64,000 bases of DNA from a bacterium (GTDB taxonomy: Bacteria > Patescibacteriota > Minisyncoccia > UBA6257 > GWB1-50-10). Below, piece after piece: positions 49,157-58,080 of this stretch. Position 1 is the first letter of the stretch. Every line of letters begins with the position of its first letter. Where the stretch lies: the NCBI GenBank assembly GCA_021814545.1, contig JAKAID010000001.1, positions 41,590-105,589 of the forward strand. The letters run 5' to 3'. Position numbers and translations under genes: made by a program. A model generated the notes under the pieces. That model made no database searches. It was not told the origin of the DNA and saw nothing but the letters and a program-made list of their open reading frames with translations.

Positions 49157-49935
49157 GGCTTCGGTTCTTGGTTATTGTATTCGGCACCTTCCGATTTCGC
49201 AATCGTTATTTCACCAAAATGCCCCGACTGCTCCACGTCCGCAAGCTGCTGGCGGATAAGGTGGAGCACGGCAAGAAAGAGCACCACTATTTCCCCCCTG
49301 CTTCCCTTGCCGCCATGGAGGTTCGAGAAGGTCGTCGGTGCGCCCGTGATGAGGCGCGAGGCTATCTCTTGTATCTTCGCGCGGAGATTCACTATCTGAT
49401 TTTTCACTGTCGCCTTCGGTTTGAAGAGCTGCTCCAAGGTACCCACAAGCTTCATTGCGGATGCGTGGAGTGCCGCCGCACCTACTGCGGAGGGCGGATA
49501 AAAGAGCGGTTCGTGCGTGCCCATAAATTCGCGGGCAAACATCTGCGGCGTCTCGCTCCACTTTGCCTTCACATGTTCCTGTGTTTTCTTGAGCTCCTGG
49601 TAGAGCTTCAGGCGATGCTCAAGGTCGCGTATCTCCCCTTCTTCTTCAGGGCTTAGGGTAAGCGACGGAAGAAGCGATTTCGATTTGATAAGGAGGAGGC
49701 GCGAGGCGACCACAAGGAAATCCGCGAGGAGCTCGGGCGGCGCGTTGTAGAGCGGCATATCCTCAGCTGCACCCTCTTCGAGCGCGAGCTTGAATTGGTC
49801 GAGATAGGAGAGGAAATCGTTCGTAACCTCGGCGATGCTCACGCGCGAAACTTCGAGCCGCTTCTCTTCGATGAGCGAGAGGAGTTTGTCGAGCGGCCCC
49901 TTGAAGTATTCGAAATTAAGTTCGTATGCGGGCAT
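49153..49935 (-). CDS. scpA: segregation and condensation protein A
   Basis: LNFEYFKGPLDKLLSLIEEKRLEVSRVSIAEVTNDFLSYL (track ORF extends to 49995). Confidence 0.75.
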   Translation of the reverse strand: MPAYELNFEYFKGPLDKLLSLIEEKRLEVSRVSIAEVTNDFLSYLDQFKLALEEGAAEDMPLYNAPPELLADFLVVASRLLLIKSKSLLPSLTLSPEEEGEIRDLEHRLKLYQELKKTQEHVKAKWSETPQMFAREFMGTHEPLFYPPSAVGAAALHASAMKLVGTLEQLFKPKATVKNQIVNLRAKIQEIASRLITGAPTTFSNLHGGKGSRGEIVVLFLAVLHLIRQQLADVEQSGHFGEITIAKSEGAEYNNQEPKP

Positions 49936-50000
49936 AGAAAAAGCGCGCAATGCGTATGTGATTATTATTGTACGCACCGCGCGCCTAAACCGCAATTCGC

Positions 50001-50996
50001 CTACCCGTGGCGGATAACCATCACGTCACCGTCTTTCACTGCATAATCCTTCCCTTCGAGGCGGAGCTTCCCCTTTTGTTTTGCCTGGCTCCAGCCGCCC
50101 GCCGCAACGAGGTCATCGTATCCCACCACTTCAGCGCGGATGAACGATTTTTCAAAATCAGTGTGGATAGTGCCCGCCGCCTGTGGCGCCTTCCATCCGC
50201 GTTCGATGGTCCACGCGCGCGTTTCGTCCTCGCCGGTCGTAAAGAAGCTCGCAAGGCCGAGTATTTCGTATGCTTTCTTGATGAGCTCGTCGATATTTCC
50301 CGCTTCCGCGAGGTTCATTACCACGTAACCCCCCTTCATTTCGGCTATCTTCTCCTTGAGCGCCTCTGACACGTCTTCGGGTGCGCCGTTCAAAAGGAAT
50401 ATTTGTTCTTTTGCGGTCAAAAGATTCAGTTCGCGCACGATGGATTCGTTTTTGTGGGCACGCGCACCTACTCCCTTCTCAAGCTCTTCTTTAATTGCCT
50501 TCAATATGCCCGCATCGTGCATGGCGGCCTTGTCGCCGGAACGCGCCTCCTTCTCCGCCTTGTCGAGCCGCTTCGTTACCGTTTCAAGGTCTTTGAAGAC
50601 AAGCTCGGCATTAATGATATCGAGGTCGCGCACGGGGTCCGCGGAGCCTTCCACGTGGATAATGTCGCCGCTCGTAAAACAGCGAAGCACCTGTACAATG
50701 GCCTTGCATTCGCGGATGTGCGAAAGGAACTGGTTGCCGAGGCCCTCGCCCTCGTGTGCGCCCTTCACAAGGCCCGCGATGTCGTAGAACTCAACGACCG
50801 CAGGAACGGTTTTTTTTGATTTCGAAAGCTTGGTAAGTACCGCGAGGCGTTCATCAGGAACGGGAACGATACCGACATTGGGGTCGATGGTTGCGAAGGG
50901 GTAGTTTGCTATCAAAATCTCCTGTTTTGTGAGGAGCTTGAAAAGCGTTGATTTACCGACGTTCGGAAGGCCCACGATGCCGATAGAAAGTTTCAT
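50001..50996 (-). CDS. ychF: ribosome-binding ATPase YchF
   Basis: GIVGLPNVGKSTLF...ATIDPNVG; C-terminal TGS-like region. Confidence 0.85.
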   Translation of the reverse strand: MKLSIGIVGLPNVGKSTLFKLLTKQEILIANYPFATIDPNVGIVPVPDERLAVLTKLSKSKKTVPAVVEFYDIAGLVKGAHEGEGLGNQFLSHIRECKAIVQVLRCFTSGDIIHVEGSADPVRDLDIINAELVFKDLETVTKRLDKAEKEARSGDKAAMHDAGILKAIKEELEKGVGARAHKNESIVRELNLLTAKEQIFLLNGAPEDVSEALKEKIAEMKGGYVVMNLAEAGNIDELIKKAYEILGLASFFTTGEDETRAWTIERGWKAPQAAGTIHTDFEKSFIRAEVVGYDDLVAAGGWSQAKQKGKLRLEGKDYAVKDGDVMVIRHG

Positions 50997-51030
50997 AAAT
51001 GTGTAGCTGAATACTACTTAACTTTTCCTA

Positions 51031-51354
51031 TCAGAGCAATTGGCGCACCTCGGCGATGACTTCTTTGGGTATGGGGTCGCGCGCGGGGCTTTTGCCCGGG
51101 TAGCGCCACGCGGTTATCACTTTTATCTTCCCCTTATCAAGTTTGTACATCACCCACATTTCGTGCTGGCCCTTCACGCCCGTTGGCTGCATCGCGGCGA
51201 TGGTGTGTTCGGCAACGCCTTCCTCCACGCGCGCGGGCGAGCGAATGATGCGGCGAATGCGCCCCTCGCCTATTCCATAGTGGAGCATTTTCCCCCACAC
51301 ATGGCTTGTCCAGGCGTAGGTCGCGTCGTTTTTCGGGGGTTTGAGTCCGGGCAT
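51031..51354 (-). CDS. hypothetical protein (107 aa)
   Basis: ORF between ychF and the PEBP gene; no recognisable motif. Confidence 0.4.
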   Translation of the reverse strand: MPGLKPPKNDATYAWTSHVWGKMLHYGIGEGRIRRIIRSPARVEEGVAEHTIAAMQPTGVKGQHEMWVMYKLDKGKIKVITAWRYPGKSPARDPIPKEVIAEVRQLL

Positions 51355-51357
51355 CAG

Positions 51358-51924
51358 TTACCTTCCGTAGAGTCCCATAATGCTCGCATGCGCCACAATG
51401 TGCTGTTCCATCGCGCGGAGCAATTCTTCTTTTGTCGCGCCTACCGGCAAATCAAGTTTCGCGTCGAGCGCGTAGAGCGTGAACACATAGCGGTGTGCGG
51501 GCTTCCCTACGGGCGGGCAAGGGCCGCCATATTTCGGCTTGCCCCAGCTGTTCGCCCCCTGCATCGCCTCTCCTGGCACGTTGTCTTCCGAAATATATTG
51601 CGTGTCGGGCGCGATGTTCCACATAAGCCAATGGTCGAAGGGTACGCCGCGCGAGGCATCGGGGTCGTCCATGATAAGCGCGAGGCTTGCCGTGTTCGCC
51701 GGTACATTCCGAACCTCAAGCAGCGGGCTTACATCCTCGCCATCACAGGTGTATTTCGAAGGGATTTTGTCCCCCTCCTTGAACGCTGAAGTTTTTAGTC
51801 TGAATGGTTCCATGAAGGTTTGGCTCGGCTGTGCGGGCTCTTTTATCGTGGTCGCGGGGCGCCAAAAAATGAAGATGGCAAGAATGATGAGCGCAATTCC
51901 GAGTACGGTCGCCGCACGCTTCAT
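51358..51924 (-). CDS. YbhB/YbcL (PEBP/Raf kinase inhibitor-like) family protein with N-terminal membrane anchor
   Basis: DDPDA...FDHWLMWNIAP...GPCPPVGKPAHRYVFTLYALD (track ORF extends to 52086). Confidence 0.7.
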   Translation of the reverse strand: MKRAATVLGIALIILAIFIFWRPATTIKEPAQPSQTFMEPFRLKTSAFKEGDKIPSKYTCDGEDVSPLLEVRNVPANTASLALIMDDPDASRGVPFDHWLMWNIAPDTQYISEDNVPGEAMQGANSWGKPKYGGPCPPVGKPAHRYVFTLYALDAKLDLPVGATKEELLRAMEQHIVAHASIMGLYGR

Positions 51925-52118
51925 TTTCTCTATAATAGCATATAGATACCACCTCCTATTGAATCCTTGCCCACCAAGTTTTAAAATTTTCGGCTCCGAC
52001 ACGGCGAAAAATTTCTCTCCAGAGTGCCGCTCTGCCTCGCAATTTTTCACCGCATCTCGCTCGAAAATTTTAAGACTTTTAGGCAAAACTCAATAGGAGG
52101 TGGTATAATTTTTCTCAT

Positions 52119-53222
52119 ATGTCGCGTGCGCTCTACCGCAAATATCGCCCCTCGATCTTCGAGGACCTGCTCGGACAGGAGCTCACCGCACGCATTTTAC
52201 GCGAGGCGGCGCGTCAGGATAAACTTGCGCACGCGTATTTGTTCGCGGGGCCGCGGGGTACCGGGAAAACGACGACCGCGCGCCTCATCGCGAAAATTGC
52301 GAATTGCGAAACGCGTGTTGCGGACAAGAAATTTTCCATAAAGGGAGAGCCGTGCAACAAGTGCCGGGCGTGCACGGAAATCGATGAGGGGCGCAACCTC
52401 GATGTCATTGAAATAGATGCGGCGTCCACCCGCGGCATCGACGACATTCGCGACCTCAAGGAGAACGTGCGCGTGGCGCCCGCCTCTGGCCGCTACAAAG
52501 TGTTTATTATCGACGAGGCGCACCAGCTCACGAAAGACGCGTGGAACGCGCTTTTGAAAACGCTCGAGGAGCCCCCCGCGTACGTCATTTTGATATTAGC
52601 AACAACGGAATCAGACAAGGTGCCGGCGACTATCGTTTCGCGTACCCAGCAGTTCCACTTCAAGCACGTACCGCTCGAAACGCTCGTGGGCAAGCTTTCG
52701 ATGATAGCGAAGCAGGAACATATCGATGTGGCGCCCGATGCATTAGAGCTCGTCGCCTCCTCCGCCGAGGGCAGCTTCCGCGATGCGGAGTCGCTCCTGG
52801 GCCAGCTCGTCACCTTCGGGGGCGGGAAAATTACTTTGAAAGATGTGGAGCAGATGGTCGGGAAGGTGGGCTTCGACAAACTCGATGCATTCGCGGGAAT
52901 GCTTTTAGAAAATAACGTGGCGCAGGCGCTCGAGGCGCTCACCTCTATTTACGATGGCGGATACAACGTGGTGCAGTTCACAAAAGACCTCATCCACTAC
53001 CTACGCCGCGCGGCGGTGCTCTGCTATAACCCTGAAATGAAAGCGTTCTTTAGGCGTGAACTTATGGCTGACCACGTGGAGAAGCTCGAGGGGCATGCGA
53101 AGAAGTTCCAGGATAAGCACATCGCGCTTTTGAAATCGCTTATCGCTGCCCATGGCCAGATGCGCTACAGCCAGTTTCCTATTATTCCGTTAGAAGTGGC
53201 TATCATCGAAGGTTTGAAATAG
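52119..53222 (+). CDS. dnaX: DNA polymerase III subunit gamma/tau, short form
   Basis: YRKYRPSIFEDLLGQE; GPRGTGKTTTARL; zinc module CETRVADKKFSIKGEPCNKCRAC. Confidence 0.85.
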   Translation: MSRALYRKYRPSIFEDLLGQELTARILREAARQDKLAHAYLFAGPRGTGKTTTARLIAKIANCETRVADKKFSIKGEPCNKCRACTEIDEGRNLDVIEIDAASTRGIDDIRDLKENVRVAPASGRYKVFIIDEAHQLTKDAWNALLKTLEEPPAYVILILATTESDKVPATIVSRTQQFHFKHVPLETLVGKLSMIAKQEHIDVAPDALELVASSAEGSFRDAESLLGQLVTFGGGKITLKDVEQMVGKVGFDKLDAFAGMLLENNVAQALEALTSIYDGGYNVVQFTKDLIHYLRRAAVLCYNPEMKAFFRRELMADHVEKLEGHAKKFQDKHIALLKSLIAAHGQMRYSQFPIIPLEVAIIEGLK

Positions 53223-53243
53223 GTCGCGTGGTAGAATAAAAGC

Positions 53244-53726
53244 ATGGATAAAAAGAACATTTGGGTTCTTGCGGGGGGCGCGGTCGTGCTCCTCGCGCTT
53301 GGGTTTTTTGTCGGCAAGTCGTTCGGCGGACCTTCGGCCGAATATGCAGCACCGGCCACCTCGACCGAGCAGGTTTCTGGTGGGCCTGCCGCTCCTGCGG
53401 CTCCTGTGCCCTCTGCGCCCGCGCCAAAGCCTTCGGGCACTGGCACCACACTCTCACGCGATGCGGCGTATAAGTACTATTCAGGGAAGCAGCTCTACAC
53501 GAAGCTCCTTGATTGCGTGGGGTACCCCATGAACTTCATTTTCAAGGTGGGTACGAAGTTCATGGTGGAGAATGGCTCCACGCTTCCCGCGGCATTCACG
53601 GTGCGCGACCAGTCGTTCATCATTCCTGGGAAAGGATTCGTGGTCATCACCGCAACCCAGTCAGGCGTGTATGATGCGATGTGCAACGGTGCTATTTCGT
53701 TGAAACTCCAGGTGAGCCCGCAATAG
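53244..53726 (+). CDS. membrane-anchored hypothetical protein with Pro/Ala-rich linker
   Basis: TM IWVLAGGAVVLLALGFFVG followed by a PAAPAAPVPSAPAPKP linker. Confidence 0.45.
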   Translation: MDKKNIWVLAGGAVVLLALGFFVGKSFGGPSAEYAAPATSTEQVSGGPAAPAAPVPSAPAPKPSGTGTTLSRDAAYKYYSGKQLYTKLLDCVGYPMNFIFKVGTKFMVENGSTLPAAFTVRDQSFIIPGKGFVVITATQSGVYDAMCNGAISLKLQVSPQ

Positions 53727-53744
53727 GCTCCAAGAAAAACAGAG

Positions 53745-53778
53745 AAAATAAAAAGCCCCGAATCTCGGGGCTTTGCAG
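53745..53778. terminator. bidirectional rho-independent terminator
   Basis: aaaaagccccgaatctcggggctttgcagtt between convergent genes. Confidence 0.7.
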
Positions 53779-54363
53779 TTACTCATCGACCTTCGGGAAC
53801 CTCTTTTCCCACTCGCCGGGCTTGTAGGTCCTCGCGGTCACGTTGAAGGCGGCGGCCATGAAATTGCCGTGCGCGCTGAAGACGAGCTCTCGCTTGTATT
53901 TCACGTTCACCCAGCAGGAGCCGTTCGAGGCGACGGTCTGCGTGGCGCCGAAGGTGGCGAAGAAGTGCTTGTCCCGAAAGCGCATGACGAGGTGCGTGCT
54001 CATGGGGCCGCTTTCCTTCTGGACTATCTCGCCGCCCCTGTCGACGAACACCATTACGGCATTCGCGAGGGCGTTGAGATGCTCCCTCCTCTTCTTCGCC
54101 TTCAGCGCTGCAGGCAGACCCTTCCGCGCTTCCTCCACGGCCGCGTCGCACGCCTTCTTGAACTCGGCTTGCGCGGTCTTCTTGTTCGGCATCCCGAGCG
54201 TGAAGTTTAGGTGAGCTTCGCGCACTTCCGCGGTCGGCACCGGAATCTCTACCTGGCGCTTGTTCTCGATCACTACGTCCTTCTCGAGCGATATCTGAAA
54301 TTCGCCCACATACAGCGACAGTCCTTGCAGAGACATCCGTTTTCCTCCCCTGTAATTAGCCAA
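53779..54363 (-). CDS. hypothetical protein (about 185 aa; probable start at internal Met MSLQGL near 54336)
   Basis: ORF adjacent to the tRNA-Gln region; no recognisable motif. Confidence 0.4.
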   Translation of the reverse strand: MANYRGGKRMSLQGLSLYVGEFQISLEKDVVIENKRQVEIPVPTAEVREAHLNFTLGMPNKKTAQAEFKKACDAAVEEARKGLPAALKAKKRREHLNALANAVMVFVDRGGEIVQKESGPMSTHLVMRFRDKHFFATFGATQTVASNGSCWVNVKYKRELVFSAHGNFMAAAFNVTARTYKPGEWEKRFPKVDE

Positions 54364-54428
54364 CGTACTGCTCGAAAGCTAACAGGAAGAGCGGTGGAGG
54401 TCAACAAGAAGTTTGATAATATTATTTC

Positions 54429-54794
54429 ATGGCCAACAAAAGCATCGAGCGCCACGATTGGCGCGCGCAGACGTTATCGCGGATCCGCGTTCTCATCAAA
54501 CAAGCCGACCCGGTGATGACCGAAGAGGTGAGGTGGAAAAAACCTTCGAATCCCGCCGGAATTCCCGTCTGGTCTCACGAGGGGATGGTGTGCACGGGAG
54601 AAACATATAAGAACCATCTGCGGCCCACCTTCGCGAAAGGAACCGCCCTCAAAAAATCAACAACTCTTTTTAATGCATTCCGCGCCATCATCATCCACGA
54701 AGGTGACAAAATTGATGGGACAGCTTTCAAGAAGCTCATCCGTGCGGCGGTAGCGCTCAACCGCGCGAGTAAACAAAAACTGAAATCTCGATAG
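54429..54794 (+). CDS. small hypothetical protein, possibly DUF1801/YdhG-like
   Basis: 121 aa; weak resemblance to YdhG-family proteins. Confidence 0.35.
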   Translation: MANKSIERHDWRAQTLSRIRVLIKQADPVMTEEVRWKKPSNPAGIPVWSHEGMVCTGETYKNHLRPTFAKGTALKKSTTLFNAFRAIIIHEGDKIDGTAFKKLIRAAVALNRASKQKLKSR

Positions 54795-54840
54795 GTGCGG
54801 TAGTGCGTCGTGCGCCAAACAAAACGCCCATATTTGTTGG

Positions 54841-54862
54841 CTGGGGGACAGGGTAATCGAAC
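54841..54862 (-). repeat. degenerate duplicate of the tRNA-Gln 3' end plus 3' flank (att-like direct repeat)
   Basis: atatttgttggctgggggacagggtaatcgaac (54832-54862) versus atatttgctgggggacagggattcgaac (55008-55036). Confidence 0.5.
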
Positions 54863-55016
54863 AAATTAACTCGCTCAAAGCGGTTAATTTCACGAACCCA
54901 GCGGTTCGTGTGCTCCGCAACGGTGAAACTCCCGTTTCCCCGACCCCCTTCCCGTTCGAATCCCTGTAAGCAAATACAAAATCAGCATACCACGACGGTA
55001 TGCAATTTTATATTTG

Positions 55017-55087
55017 CTGGGGGACAGGGATTCGAACCCCGATTCACGGCTTCAAAGGCCGCTGTCCTACCATTAGACGATCCCCCA
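55017..55087 (-). tRNA. tRNA-Gln (anticodon UUG)
   Basis: Reverse complement TGGGGGATCGTCTAATGGTAGGACAGCGGCCTTTGAAGCCGTGAATCGGGGTTCGAATCCCTGTCCCCCAG; anticodon loop CUUUGAA; 3-bp D stem as in bacterial tRNA-Gln. Confidence 0.85.
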
Positions 55088-55108
55088 AGTGCTTATAGTT
55101 TATGCAAT

Positions 55109-56182
55109 TCACTCCAATTTTTCCAGTCGGACGCCGATGAGGCGGATTGCCTTCCGTTTCGGATTTTCGCGCGCATCGAAGAATGGCATCAGGAGTTTTA
55201 ACGCTTCGAACTGAAGTGTTGGGAGTGCGGTACTTGGTTCGCCAAGCGTTGCGGCGCGGCTCTTTGTTGTGAAGTCAGAGAAGCGCACGGTTATCGCGAT
55301 GGTGCGGAAGGTTTTGAAGCCGTGTTTTACGAACCGTCTGTGAACTTTGGCACATAGGGCGTTGAGTCTCTCAAACACAAAGCTCGCATCGCGCGAATCT
55401 TTTTCGAATGTTTCCTGCTCGCCGAGCGACTTCGCTTCCCACTCCTCAACAAGGGGCGTTTCGTCCTTCCCGCGGAGGCGCGAGTAGAGCGCGCTGCCCC
55501 ACTTGCCCATAAGCTCCGAGAGCTCATCGCGCGAGAAGCGCTTCATTTCCTTAATAGTGTGAATGCCCAACTTATTGAATTTCTGTTCGGTTTTCGGGCC
55601 CACGCCGGGAATTGTGCGGATGGAGAGCGGCTCAAGGAAGCTTTCTGCATCTTCCTCACGCACCACGGTAAGGCCATCGGGTTTTTGCCTGTCGGAGGCG
55701 ATTTTTGCAATGAGTTTGTTCGGCCCCAGCCCCGCCGAGGCTGTGAGGCGTTCTTTCTTTTGAATCTCTTTTTTTATCTTTTTGCAGAGCGCGATAGCTT
55801 TGGCATAAGAGCCCGTGAAGGAAAGGTCGATATATGCCTCGTCGACACTCGCCTCCTCGACGTGCTCTGCGTGCGCGTGGAGAATTGCCATAATGCGGCG
55901 CGAGACCTCGCCATACTTGCGCATACTCCCAATCATAAAAACAACCGGAGGCAGGCCCTTTTGTTTCGCCTCTTCCGAGAGGCGCCAGGCAGTTGAGACG
56001 GGGAGCGCAGAGCGAATGCCATAGGCGCGCGCCTTATAGTTCGCGGTCGAGACGACTCCTCTACCCTTGCCCTCTTTGGGGTCGGCACCCACCACAAGCG
56101 GCAGACCGCGCACGCGTGGGTTGTCGCGCTCTTCTATCGCCGCGAAGAAGGCATCCATATCTATGTGCGCGATGATACGCAT
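55109..56182 (-). CDS. dinB: DNA polymerase IV (Y-family)
   Basis: MRIIAHIDMDAFFAAIEERDNP...LPLVVG; HhH region (track ORF extends to 56221). Confidence 0.85.
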   Translation of the reverse strand: MRIIAHIDMDAFFAAIEERDNPRVRGLPLVVGADPKEGKGRGVVSTANYKARAYGIRSALPVSTAWRLSEEAKQKGLPPVVFMIGSMRKYGEVSRRIMAILHAHAEHVEEASVDEAYIDLSFTGSYAKAIALCKKIKKEIQKKERLTASAGLGPNKLIAKIASDRQKPDGLTVVREEDAESFLEPLSIRTIPGVGPKTEQKFNKLGIHTIKEMKRFSRDELSELMGKWGSALYSRLRGKDETPLVEEWEAKSLGEQETFEKDSRDASFVFERLNALCAKVHRRFVKHGFKTFRTIAITVRFSDFTTKSRAATLGEPSTALPTLQFEALKLLMPFFDARENPKRKAIRLIGVRLEKLE

Positions 56183-56238
56183 GTTCCTATGAGTAGAATA
56201 TACCCCAAAACAAAAGCCCATGCGCGAAGCATGGGGTA

Positions 56239-56793
56239 TTACGGAGAAGGCAGGAGCCTCGGAAGCAGGAGCGTGCAGAGCAGGCTGAATGCGGCGTCCG
56301 CGCTCGTGTATGTCGTATCAAGCACGATGTCGAAGTGCCGGTCGTCGAGGTAGTCCTCAATGCCGTAGAGGACGCGGTAACGCACCCTCTCCTGCCCCGT
56401 GCGGAGGCTCGAGAGCATAAGCATCTCTTCGAGCGGCTTCCCGCTGTTTTCGGGGCGCAGGAGTTGCCGCCGCGCTCCTTCCTCAGGGGAAACCGCGACT
56501 TTCACGTTTACCGTGCGGAAGTTGCACCGCAGGAACGGCGCGATGCGCCCTTCGGCAACGAGGCAGTCGCGCGCGCACATCTCGAGCTCCATGTGTGTAT
56601 CGACGCTCTTTTCGAGTTCGGGGTCTTCTTTCAGCTGTGCGTAAAATGCTTCTATCGACATACCGCGCGCTACGGCCATCTTGCGGAACATACCACCCGC
56701 GTAGAGATGGCCGTAGTTCAGCACCGCCGCGAGGCGTTTACAAAGCGTCGTTTTTCCGGAGCCTGCATTACCGCTTACGCGAACGACCGCCAT
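56239..56793 (-). CDS. cmk: cytidylate kinase, archaeal/short type
   Basis: GGAGG RBS before the ATG at 56793; P-loop GNAGSGKTT; C-terminal YGIEDYLDDRHFDIVLDTT; the track's longer ORF to 57261 is a spurious 5' extension. Confidence 0.55.
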   Translation of the reverse strand: MAVVRVSGNAGSGKTTLCKRLAAVLNYGHLYAGGMFRKMAVARGMSIEAFYAQLKEDPELEKSVDTHMELEMCARDCLVAEGRIAPFLRCNFRTVNVKVAVSPEEGARRQLLRPENSGKPLEEMLMLSSLRTGQERVRYRVLYGIEDYLDDRHFDIVLDTTYTSADAAFSLLCTLLLPRLLPSP

Positions 56794-56923
56794 CTCCCCT
56801 CCTTCCTTTCGTGAAATTACTGTGCTTACTATACACCAATTTTTGCGTGCGGCGAGAATTGACTTTGCATGAAAAACGTGCGATGCTATGGTCAGTTCGT
56901 TAACCCCTCTTGAGGAGGAACGC

Positions 56924-57526
56924 ATGAGTAGCATCTCGAAATATGCCGCGATGACTCTGCCCCGCATGCAGCAGGTGTGGGACAAGCTCGGCGGCGACGA
57001 AGGCGTGAAGAAGTTCCTTGCCGGCGAGACGAATGTGGTTTCGATGGAGGACCACTTCCCGCCGTGGAACGTGGTCATGCTCGGCACGCACAAGAGCGCG
57101 AGCGAGTTGAAGCTCGCCCTGCTCGAGTCCGGGTGTGATGCGAGTGACGCCGAGGCACTGCTCGACCACCCCGACTTCGTCTTCTCGGCTGCGCCCGCGC
57201 GGATGTATCTTGCGCGCGCGTCGGTCGGGTCGCTCGGATTCCGCGACGGTGCGACGTACAAGGAGATTTGCGACCGCGCCAGCCTCTTCGGTCTCCGGCT
57301 TTGCCCCGCCGAGGTCGGTCCCGCACTCCGGCTCCACTACGTGGAGCAGCCCGAGGGCGAGTGGCTCGACATCGCGATGGAGCCGCTGAAGGACAAGGAA
57401 GGGTTCTTCCACGTCTTCGCAGTCATGAAGCACAGCGGCATGATGCGGCTTCAGGCGCACAACGGCGCTCCGGACCACCGCTGCGGCCCCACGATGTGCT
57501 TCGTGTTCTACAAGGGAATGGTGTAA
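56924..57526 (+). CDS. hypothetical protein (200 aa)
   Basis: GAGGAGG RBS 6 nt before the ATG at 56924; followed by a terminator. Confidence 0.5.
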   Translation: MSSISKYAAMTLPRMQQVWDKLGGDEGVKKFLAGETNVVSMEDHFPPWNVVMLGTHKSASELKLALLESGCDASDAEALLDHPDFVFSAAPARMYLARASVGSLGFRDGATYKEICDRASLFGLRLCPAEVGPALRLHYVEQPEGEWLDIAMEPLKDKEGFFHVFAVMKHSGMMRLQAHNGAPDHRCGPTMCFVFYKGMV

Positions 57527-57534
57527 GGGTATAA

Positions 57535-57563
57535 GGCCCCGCTATGCAATGCGGGGCTTTTTG
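57535..57563 (+). terminator. rho-independent terminator
   Basis: ggccccgctatgcaatgcggggctttttg. Confidence 0.75.
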
Positions 57564-57611
57564 TATAATAAGAGTATAAAGGTCGTTCAACGGACAATTA
57601 TCCAAAGAACA

Positions 57612-57788
57612 ATGGCCAAGGCAAAAGCAAAGAAAAAGCACGCCGCGCCAAAAAAGAGCGCGGAGCCTAAGCTTCAGAGCACGGCAACGTTTGAATCAAC
57701 GAACTGCGCGTGTGCGGACGGCATTTGCGAATGCGAAACGTGCGTGTGCAAATGCGTGAATGGCAAGTGCGAATGCGTGTGCGGTTAA
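57612..57788 (+). CDS. metallothionein-like small Cys-rich protein (58 aa)
   Basis: Lys/Ala-rich N-terminus followed by CACADGICECETCVCKCVNGKCECVCG; terminator immediately downstream. Confidence 0.5.
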   Translation: MAKAKAKKKHAAPKKSAEPKLQSTATFESTNCACADGICECETCVCKCVNGKCECVCG

Positions 57789-57790
57789 CA

Positions 57791-57820
57791 CAAAACCGCC
57801 CCTCATGGGCGGTTTTTTAT
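57791..57820. terminator. rho-independent terminator (bidirectional)
   Basis: aaaaccgcccctcatgggcggttttttatt. Confidence 0.75.
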
Positions 57821-57826
57821 TTCGCG

Positions 57827-57976
57827 CTATTTGTGCGCGTGATGCGAAAACGATTTCGCCAAATAGTATGGCCAGATAAAGATGGCAAGTACGCTCGTCC
57901 AAAAATCGAGGCGAAGGTAGCCGATCGTGAAAAGCCAGCCGATGAACCAGATTGACCCCATAATGTCGTTGTTCAT
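57827..57976 (-). CDS. possible small hydrophobic membrane protein (49 aa, unlisted ORF)
   Basis: Minus-strand ATG near 57976 encoding MNNDIMGSIWFIGWLFTIGYLRLDFWTSVLAIFIWPYYLAKSFSHHAHK; coordinates approximate to +/-1. Confidence 0.3.
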   Translation of the reverse strand: MNNDIMGSIWFIGWLFTIGYLRLDFWTSVLAIFIWPYYLAKSFSHHAHK

Positions 57977-58080
57977 AATCCAGGTAAATTCCCCCGACCT
58001 TTGTTCAATTTATTATAACAAAATACACCCGCCAGTTGTGCTTGGAATCGGGTGTATTTCGCAATTATCCTACAGAATCG

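Noticed and set aside
54863-55016. Second tRNA on the plus strand suggested by CCCGTTCGAATCCCTG at 54948-54963
   Set aside because: The flanking sequences do not form T-stem, acceptor-stem or anticodon-arm pairings in either orientation. It looks like a decayed fragment related to the tRNA-Gln duplication.
56794-57261. N-terminal 156 aa of the listed ORF 56239-57261
   Set aside because: Kinase homology (P-loop GNAGSGKTT) starts at the internal Met preceded by GGAGG. The upstream part is antisense to the plus-strand gene 56924-57526.
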